Source: Botryllus schlosseri
Taxonomy: Eukaryota
Reading direction: 5' to 3'
Assembly: GCA_051294905.1 (NCBI GenBank)
Contig: CM119371.1
Span: 39,930,001 to 39,994,000, forward strand
Length of the DNA: 64,000 nt
Shown here: positions 54,765-64,000 of the stretch, in pieces
Numbering within the stretch: position 1 is the stretch's first letter
Layout of the letters: the number at the start of each line of letters is the position of its first letter
Position numbers and translations under genes: made by a program
Notes under the pieces: model-generated
Databases searched by the model: none
The model's input: the letters and a program-made list of their open reading frames with translations, nothing else
What the model was told of the DNA's origin: nothing

Positions 54765-56428
54765 TAATAACTGTTCGATTAGCGCGAGACGCGAGGATAG
54801 TTGTAAATACAATTATTACAGACTAACATTTGCAAGTTACTGTAACGCAAATGTTTACCCCTTCAAGGGTTGTTAAAGTATGGATAGCAAAGGGCATAAC
54901 TTTTGGTCGTCGTGATGTAAGAGATATCTGTTAATATGTATGTAATATTTGTTCAATTTATTGCAAAAAATCCTGCTATAATTTTTACATATCTTAGGTC
55001 ACTGTGTTGGGTACTGTAGCCAGTAACCGAGACACGCAGAAAATATAGCTTTATCATGAGAATTTATGATAAGATTTGTACGACTGGTTTCTGGGAAACT
55101 TGGTCGAAGACCGTTGGGACGAACTAGTGTAGGCCTGTAGGGGTGTGCAACGAGTGAGTTCAGGCCTATGAGACTCATTCATTTCGGGGTCAACCCCTTC
55201 TGCGTCGGGGCACATGAAGACGTAAAGTTTTGGCCAACAAGCCGCTGACAAAATACGGTGCCAAAAATATAAGCGGCGACAAAACCTTGTCTAAAAAATG
55301 ATCGATGCTGTATGACAGAACCTTTCTATATGGATATGCTCCCTTGTCGGCACGGAATAGTCCCGTGTCTGCAATCTGATTAGACACGCAGTGGAATTTA
55401 ATTTGCCGTAATTTGAAATCGCGTGCGTCAGGCCTGTTTTGTAGAGCTGTGTTGGATAGAATTGTGGTCTGCGCGTTCCGTATGTCATACCTGTCCGTAA
55501 AATCGTATCATTCAACTGTAATACTAAAATGAATTCATTTTCAAGAGTGAGGCTCCGGTCGCGGGATGCCACAAAAACTCAGATATTAGGGGTGGTCAAG
55601 AATCTGCTATTAAACTGCTATGAATTACATTTGTTACATTTGGCTAAAGAGCTGAGCACACATAGTATCGTGAGTTTCTTTGCTCTTCTCATATAGCCTA
55701 GTCGCGAGACAGAAGTTGGAGCAACGTATCACATAATAGCGAGCTCTAATGTGCCTATACTCTGCTTGATCGTTTTGTAACATATATTCCAAGAGATAAG
55801 GCGAAAGCCTCAACTCAAACATGTGGGTTTTCACCCTTCCGACAAATTTTTGCCTCCGGGACCTTTGTGTCAGCTCTCAAAAACGATTTCTGCCAACAAG
55901 CATTTCTCACTCGCGAAAAATACGCTGTATTTTGGATTGGAGTGCAGAACAGATTTTAAGACCTGGCCATCGAAGCACTAGAAGACGTTGTTGTACAAAA
56001 CCCAACAACTTGTTTGGCTGAGAAGGGTTTTGGTGAAATAGTTGAAATCAAAAAGAGCGAAAAAAGTTGCCTCTCTAATGAGACACTTGACAGCTTAGGC
56101 TCTAGAGAATAGCCAATTTGTTGCACATCTGAACAAAATGTTGTTAAGTGTCGTCATCTCCTTTTTGTATAACAATTTTCGGTTAGGTTGTGCGAATGAA
56201 ATTTATTTTACAAAAAAAGTGCGAATGGAGCTCGAAAAGGTTGAAAAGCACTGCCCTATATTATCAGGAAGCGATGTGTTGAATAATAAATGGTATGAAT
56301 TATACCTTGCGATCAGTTTGTAATTATACGTATCTTCAATTATTTTAAATTAGCTTCTAATTCAGCTGCCCACAAATCAAAACCTTATTAAATACTAGTA
56401 CTACAATTAATGGACCAATCCTATAAAG

Positions 56429-57103
56429 CAGGGGTGTCCAACCTTTTCAGCCAAAGGGCCACATTTGATTTACGAACTATTGCGCAGGCCACTAGCCGCG
56501 CAAAGCGCGAAAATTTTTCGAAGTTCACAGGTCAATATAACTGTCACTTGACTATATTGCGGGCCTGCTCTATATTGCTGGGCTCAGTTTGCAAGGAATG
56601 GACTATTCGGCGCCTGGACATATCAATATCGAAAGCTTCGACCAACATGCGTAAATCATTTTGAGCCTAGGTTTTATAGTCGACGGTCTTTCTGCGAGCG
56701 CAAACGCAAGGTCGCATACGTTGAACGACACTTTGTCTTGTAATCGCGAATATAGTTAGACTCAATCTGATACATTAGACATTCTTTCATTTTCCCAAAG
56801 GGATAACAATATTAAAAGCAAGAAATCGAGTGATAACATGTTGCGCGAAGCAAGCGTGTAGAAATTTTTTATTTTGATGAATCTATCGCAAATTATTCTG
56901 CTTTATTGTAGTGTACGGAGATCTACCAAAATGTGACTGGCTCATGGATCTGCCAATGCGTCGGATCTGATATTTTTTGGTCATCACATCTCAAGTTTTG
57001 CAGCCAGCCTAATGAAATTTTTGGTTCGCAATCTGTGCAATCCAATTTTGATAATATTACTAATTTGGAAATTACCTCGCGGACCATGGGTTGGCCGGCC
57101 CTG
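56429..57103. mobile_element. hAT MITE
   Basis: CAGGGGTGTCCAACC...GGTTGGCCGGCCCTG; TSD CTATAAAG. Confidence 0.88.
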
Positions 57104-57171
57104 CTATAAAGTCTGTCATCAAAAGATACGCTTGCGTTAGTGACCGAACGACATGGTTTGTTTGTTTACGT

Positions 57172-59635
57172 CAGAGGTCAACAATTATTTTCCTCCGCGG
57201 GCCGAATGAGAAGTAGAAAACACGTTGGCGGGCCGAATGAAAATATTGAGCTATGTTATCCAGCGTATTTTAATTTTATTTATATCTAAATTACATCGTT
57301 AATAAATGCTGCTCAGCGAATGTGTTGATGTTGGTTAATTGAAAAATATCTTTTTGCTGTAATCATTCGAAAAGTGTTGGACATAATGCATTTTCACCCC
57401 TCTTTAAACCCCTATCAACACACTAGAACAGTGGTTCTCAAACTGTTTACGCACGCCCCTTATATGATAGTGAAAAATTTCGCGCCCAACCTTCCCATCA
57501 TGATATCGCAACATAATAAAAACCAGAATGTCAGCAATCCCAACCGATAGTTTGCTAGCATGGAAGGTTATGGATGTTGATGGGGAAAATTCTGTAATAT
57601 CAAAGTCGGACAATACACAGAGAAATAACTACACTATAAGCCGGGGTTAACTCGCGCGGAGCGCGAAAGAAATTCACTTAACCGTTTGGCACCGGCGTGT
57701 CTATTTTTCGACATGCCGGTACGAGAGAAGAGTACCGTAATTGAAACCACGATATATTACACATTAATCGTGCTAGGTCGTTGTTTTTCATTTCTGTGAA
57801 TAGATATTGTTCGTACAAGTTCATTGATACCTTGTTATATGATATTTATTATGTCGAAGACGTCAAAATCGTATATCAAACACCATAGATAAATATGTTG
57901 CAAAATACACTGTGTCGGCAATTCGCGCGTCATTGACCACTCTCAGATAACGTTCTGTATGTTTCGTTCAAGCCGTCTTCGCGCATAGTTGTTTCATTAT
58001 GAGAATAGCTAGTGTCCATACAAGTCCACACGTATCTTCATATCTGATATTAGTTACATCTAAGCTGATCAAAAGCTATGTGATAGGCCGCGTGACAAAA
58101 ATATCCGCCGAAGCATCATTTCGCAGACACGCGCGTTCCTCATACGCGCCATATACACTGTCGTTTAGTTGGTTTTATTCGTCATAACCAGCTGTAGTTT
58201 GTTGCTATGAATAGCGATTGTCAGTTTCTGTTTATATTTTGCTAAAGCAACTATACTAGTTAGCTCTATACCGCTCAAGGTTTCATTTGAAAACCGGGAA
58301 GCGAATTCCGTCAGACTACCGTACCAGCTTCAAGCACATAACGTGAAATATATCGTGTTCTAATAGCCACAAACCTTCATAGATTGTGTCTGTGAATTGT
58401 TGCTGCACATATGATTCGAAATAACGGCTAATGGTAGAGAATAATTCGGAATGCATACAATATTACTCAGCGATTATACCTGCGCAAAAGCGTGCGTCTG
58501 GGTATACAAAGAGCTGTCGTACATCGATATACATCTTACGTTGTAGTAATGATAAGCATTTGCAGTAAATCAATATGGTAAGGACTGTAAATATCTGTCT
58601 ACGAATACTAAAATGACTAATATAGGGTCACAACAGTTTGAGTTATAAGCCTTACAAGTTACCATACGCGCGCGAATCATTCGCTATGACTCACTCTCTC
58701 GGAGGCCTGCCGCGAGCTGACTAAAACGGTCGGTATTGTTTTGATTAGAAATTAGCGCCTACTAGACGTAGACCGTCGACTCAGGGCTCTCTAGAACGAT
58801 GAATTCTGAGCCTATACAATACACCAGACTGTATGGTCGTCGAATACCTATACTAAGGTTCATAAGGTCCGCAATTTAGCATTTCTGCTTTCAAGCAACG
58901 TTTTCTCGGCTTGCTCTCGATATAAGTGGCCAGACACAGAGCTCGAAATGATTTGAGTGGCGCAATCGGATCCGCGTTGAAATTCTGAATCGAACGCTAC
59001 CTTGTTCATCGTGCTCCAATCCCATTAAGGCACAGTTTTTCTATTTTGAAAATTGAAGTAAAATTTTTCGAAAATTGCAGCCGTTGCCATTCGGTTAATT
59101 TCGGCTTTCCATTCAGATGCTCTCACGCCTCCCCACCAGTTCTTGAACCACTGCACTGAAATGTATATATGGGATAGTACAAAGCTGTCTTGGTCGCTGC
59201 ATTCCGAGAAGAGTGCCGCTCAAATAGCCTTGATGTTGAGCGAAGTTTGCAGTTTTACTGAAATTCACCCTCCTTGACCGAGTGCTTGGTGTTTTTGTCA
59301 CAATTAAAATCCTTAATCTCGGCGACATGCTCCGCAAAAACTAAAAGAACGGGTCTACCTCGAGCTCCAGCTAGTATAGCCTACAAATATTTAGTGCTCT
59401 AAACCTTTGAGCAGCATGCAAGGTGCGTATAGGCAGTGTAATCGCGCCATATTAATGAACAGGCTGCAAAGTAAACGAATTTCGTGTTTAGTTGATACAG
59501 CCTATGGTTTTAGTCCACGCATCAACATTCAAAAAGCAGGTTTAATCTGATGAATTCCAAGCAACCTTTCGCGGGTCGCACAGAATTGCTTCGCGGGCCG
59601 CATTTGGCCCGCGGGCCGGACTTTGCCCAGGTCTG
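57172..59635. mobile_element. hAT MITE (outer element of a nest)
   Basis: CAGA...TCTG ends, subterminal GCGGGCCG motifs, perfect TSD GTTTACGT. Confidence 0.82.
57429..59153 (+). mobile_element. Decayed hAT element nested in 57172-59635
   Basis: TIR CAGTGGTTC; near-TSD CACTAGAA/CACTGAAA. About 58890-59030 reads, with frameshifts, like a transposase C-terminus (ATFS...RHRARNDL...QSH*). Confidence 0.7.
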
Positions 59636-59904
59636 GTTTACGTTGATTGCTGAAGATTATACTTAGAAGTGGGCGGGTTGAGGGTGTTACACATAATCTA
59701 TGTCATAAGTTGAAAGTTTTCAGTGGAGAATATTCAGCGATTCGGAATCCGTAATATGCAACAGCGAAGTTACACCTGTGAATACGGTATGAAAACATCC
59801 CAAATCACATGGATACTAGGACAAGCATCATCCGGTTGTGCGGGCGGTGCGTAGACGGGGTTAAACCCGCTAGACGCCAACCCGCCACACGCCAAACGCC
59901 ACCC

Positions 59905-60046
59905 TGCGGCTGGGTCTTTACGTGGCGTCTGGCGTCTGAACGGGTTGAAACGCAGACTGGCGGCTGAATTGCCACATGGTGTCTGGCGTGTAAATGGGTT
60001 GAAACGCAGACTGGCGGATGAAGTGCTATATGGTGTCTGGCGTCCA
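59905..60046 (+). repeat. Degenerate ~56-bp tandem repeat (about 2.5 copies)
   Basis: tggygtctggcgt...gggttgaaacgcagactggcgg recurs. Confidence 0.65.
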
Positions 60047-60419
60047 ACATTTTAGGACGCCGTACTGCGACTGTTGGCGGTGCGGCAGCCTCTTGGTTTT
60101 CAGAAATGAAGAAACATTCATTAATAAAATCGGACCAACAACCACATTGGTAATGAGTTTCTATAGAATGACATCGGATGTTTCGCAGTATTTGAAATGC
60201 TCAGTTTATTTGCGCACATTTCTAATCCCCTAGCCTAGAATGTATTACGCGTTTCAGATAACAAACACTCACGCAATATCAACAGAAGTTGCATTTGTCA
60301 AGTAACACGTCTGATGTTTGACATTCGGGATTTGTATGCAGTGTAAGTAGTATAGTACCAGGATAATGACGTAATTCCGACTTGAGCTGATTGCTACTAA
60401 GTAGACCTAGCTGTGGGAC

Positions 60420-61035
60420 CATAGTGTCCTATATGGTGTCGACACAAGCAAATCTCACGGCTCAGTGAAATTGATTCACGTCACAATTTCCATTTGACTA
60501 CAGGCAATTTGACGATCATTTTTGACCGGCTTGCTGAGCATTAAATTTGGTGAAACGGGTATCAGTCGAAAGCTGACTCTGCACTGATTACGAAAACATA
60601 AATTTTATTCTGTCGCGGCCCTGGAACCCCCACAATCAGCCTCTAAATTTTCATTGTTATGGAGATTGGCATTGTGACGCAACAATGCTGTCTGACGAAA
60701 CGAGAGACACTACAATGCTGTCTGGCTCCCTTTTTCTTGAGCTACTATCTCGTTTCACCTGACAGCATTGTTGCGTCACACTGCCAATCTCCTCAACAAT
60801 GAATAATTTGGGGTTTGATTGTGGGGGTTCCAGGGCCATGAGCGGAATAAATTTTATATTTTCGCAAGCAGTACAGCGTCAGCTTTCGATTGATACCCGG
60901 TTCATCAAATTTAATGCTCGGCAAGCCGGTCAAAAATGACCGTCAAATTGCCTGTAGCCAAATGGAAATTGTGACGTGAACCAATTTCACTGAGCCGTGA
61001 GATTTGGTTGTGTCGACACCATATAGGACACTATG
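60420..61035. mobile_element. Hairpin MITE with P-element-like termini
   Basis: CATAGTGTCC...GGACACTATG; arms of about 270 bp; 7-bp TSD GTGGGAC. A half copy lies at about 18580-18865. Confidence 0.78.
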
Positions 61036-62019
61036 GTGGGACTGTGGGTGTGAGTACGTCCGGTACAATAGATTTTTTCCAAGGAAGTTGCAATAATTAG
61101 TGATTGCTTATACGCATTGAATGCAATCAAACATTCCTTGCCCTTTCTCACTTTAGTAGTCGATATAATTATTTTGTTGAACCATGAGGTACGAAAAGAC
61201 GAAGGCTCCATACTGTTCGTATGTGTACCGGATCAGCCTGCAACACGCGATATTGAATTTAAAGATCGTTCAGCAACCGCAGAAGCCTCTACCCTATATT
61301 AAAGTGGAAATCAAATCAGTTGGCGCGCCGACTTTTGATCGTGGTTGTACTGAATAGTGCATTTCACAACACCGTAATTACGAATCGAACTGTAGGCTAC
61401 ATATCAATCCACCTATACCGGTAACTGGTAGCGGGAACTTGGCGTGTAGATGGTTTTGCGTTCAAGATGACACATTGAAGACCGAATTTCGATAGAAGGC
61501 CGCAATTCAAAACCATGCCGTGCTAATGGAATCGTAAACTTGACCTGCAAAATCAGACCTTGTCATTGTGCGGTCCGCGGGACAAATGCGGCCTACAAGA
61601 CGATTTTGAGCGGTGTCACTGCATGTTTCCATATTCACGTTGTAACTTTGTTTGATGCCTGATCTATGGTTTAAAGCACCGTTTGAAAATGAAAAATAGT
61701 TCACGGCAGACTAGCATAGTGGTTCTCAAGATTTTCAGCTCAACAGTCCTGCAAACTACCAGGATACTTAGCAGGATCCATAGCAATGGTCCCTCTAATT
61801 GCTGACGAGCCTGTGCACACTGATCAACTCACTGCACAGACCATTGAACAACAGTGCGTAACGACTATAAAAGGCCATCACTTCGGATTTTTTGTGCGCA
61901 ACTTAGATTTTCTGCGCGCAGTGACCGTCTCAGCACTGCGCATTCGCACACGTGCGCAGCTTGGAGGGAACATTGATCCACAGTCGTACGGAGGTGATCT
62001 CTGACAAAATACTTTTCCA

Positions 62020-63817
62020 CAGTGTTGGGATGACTCGACTCGAATCAATCTGTGTATTGACTTGGCTTGGACTCGAGTCATTGCGCACAGAGGTGGTCAA
62101 AGTAGTCAAGAAAGCTACTTAAGTAGAAGTAGAAGTAGCGACGAAAAAATCTACAAGTACAAGTAGAAGTACTTCTTTCATGAGCAACCTAAAACGACTT
62201 GAAGTAGAAGTAGAATTGACTGACTTTAAAAGTACTCAAGTAAGTAAGTAGTTGTGAAAACGATCCTGATTGGATGGATTATAAAAAGGTGCAAATTGAG
62301 CTATGTGATTGGTGGCGATCTTGATTCATATTGATGCATACCAGCAGGTATCCAATTTTCGATAGCATAAGCATTCGTTCACATCATGAGATGAAAATGA
62401 TAGTATTGATAAGGAAATGCGATACTAATCGTCTGTTTTCTCGAACAACACGTTTTGGAAAATAGCATGGTATGGCGCCATCCCCCATATTATAAGGCCC
62501 GTATAGTTAAGTCGAACAGCAATATGGAGAAGTTGTATAGGATACGGTGTAAACACTTTGCGCGATTAGTAAATGTTAATAAAGAATATGGTGGACCGTA
62601 AAATGCCATATTGTGTAGCTTTATTTCCAGAAATTAAAGGCATTACTGCACTTGCTTTTATACTTCAACATGTATGTTATTCGTACGACAGAACTGATAT
62701 TAATTATAACTCAAGGTATATGATACTGGGAATTGAAAGTGAAATATAAATACTACTTCTAAAAGCAGAATATGTATTTCATGTTTTTAGTCCAGAAAGT
62801 TTCAAAGGTGGTATGCTAAAAAACCTCTAAAACTAAAAAAAGTCAAAGTCCACTCTTCCAGATTAAGACACGTCAAGGACATATATGCTAGATCACGATC
62901 TGACAAGAAAATGCTAGATTTCGAAACATCAGTTTCAAACGTTATGATGAGCCATATATACTGTGATGAATTATTTCATATGGGTGAAGGGCGACAATGT
63001 GGTGTGAACGGTACCACGCCAACCCTCCACCTAAATTATATTCACCGATACTTTCATGAAATCAGACTGGTCACTCCGTATCCACTGCGCGCGAAGCGCG
63101 ACGAAAATTCTGTGCTTTACTAAACTTTAGTGAAAATTAAATGTTAATACTCCGTGAAAACAGCTCCAAAATTCCTCAGACTATCTTCCTAATTGGAAGA
63201 TTGAACTACTTCTACTTGACAAACTGAAAATAGCGAAAAGTAAGTAAGTAGATCACAAAATATTAAGAAGTAGAAGTAGAAGTAGCGAAAATCAGATCTA
63301 CTTGAGTAAGTACCAGAAGTAGAGGAAAAATACTTGAGTACTTCGAAAAAGTAGAAGTACTTCGTTACTGACCACCTCTGCGCATGACTCGAAACAAGTC
63401 AATATGACTCGAGACACGGACGGCCAAGACCGATATTTCATTGTAATTTCGAAGAATATTAAAGTAAGCGCCCTATTGAGATTTTGTCTATTAGTACTAG
63501 TACTTGAAAATGCGATCAGAAACTGCTAGAAGTGAGGAAAACTACTGTATTATAAATGCGAACCATTCAATATCACCACACAGAGTTATAGAAAGTCAGT
63601 TTAACAAGATTTTAGCTGAAAACTGAGCAGTCAAGACTTTGACTTGGACTCGGACTCGAGTCATAATACCATGACTCGGACTCGACCCTCTGATCAATGA
63701 CTTGGACTCGGACTTGACTCGGTGGTGAGTTGAATATGACTCGACTTGACTCAAGTCAAATTTATAAAAGTGACATTGAGTTGTAACTCGGAGCCTTGTG
63801 ACTTGGTGACAACCCTG
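62020..63817. mobile_element. GACTC-repeat hAT MITE (5513 family) split by a nested element
   Basis: Colinear with 5513-6036 on both sides of the 62088-63380 insertion. Confidence 0.8.
62088..63380. mobile_element. MITE with AGTAG subterminal repeats
   Basis: TIR CAGAGGTGGTCA; only CGCA is duplicated at the target. Related fragments at about 380-510, 1570-1750 and 7910-8460. Confidence 0.8.
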
Positions 63818-64000
63818 GTTGAAGGCGACAAGTACAAAACAGATACGAGCTGACTCATCGCTAAACAGCGCAGTTTGCGCGACAATTCGTTTTCGATTCA
63901 TTCATTTTGAGCAGGTACGTGACTGGGGCACCTCAAACCACCCAACTAGAGAGGGCCGAGCTTGAAAAAAGCTTCAAATTATTTTGCAAGTGAACATTAA

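Larger units (their letters stand above)
53770..56253. mobile_element. hAT non-autonomous element containing a SINE and a Penelope insert
   Basis: TIR CAGTGCTTTTCAACCT; TSD CCCTATAT; subterminal GTGCGAAT repeats. Confidence 0.9.

Overview
AT-rich, transposon-saturated animal genomic DNA, probably invertebrate; the species cannot be established from the sequence. The only host gene I can support is a minus-strand NLR-type immune receptor: a short exon with a RHIM-like motif (53253-53387), a NACHT exon (37256-38650) and two LRR-region exons (13049-13362, 3484-3588). All splice phases are compatible, and about 2 kb of coding sequence is spread over about 50 kb. The introns and flanks hold: (i) a Polinton/Maverick-type element (38769-50667; AGTAGTAGT...ACTACTACT termini, 6-bp TSD AACGCA) that is almost wholly one giant palindrome (about 6.2-kb arms, 980-bp spacer, no recognisable Polinton genes, one 100-N gap); (ii) five TSD-flanked copies of one Penelope family, four in inverted two-arm form, all carrying a minimal hammerhead ribozyme; (iii) a young 1.8-kb non-autonomous LTR element with an orphan acidic ORF; (iv) many often nested MITEs (hAT, Kolobok-, Harbinger- and P-like), a decayed second Penelope-like element and a tRNA-derived SINE. 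Most ORFs in the supplied track are spurious.
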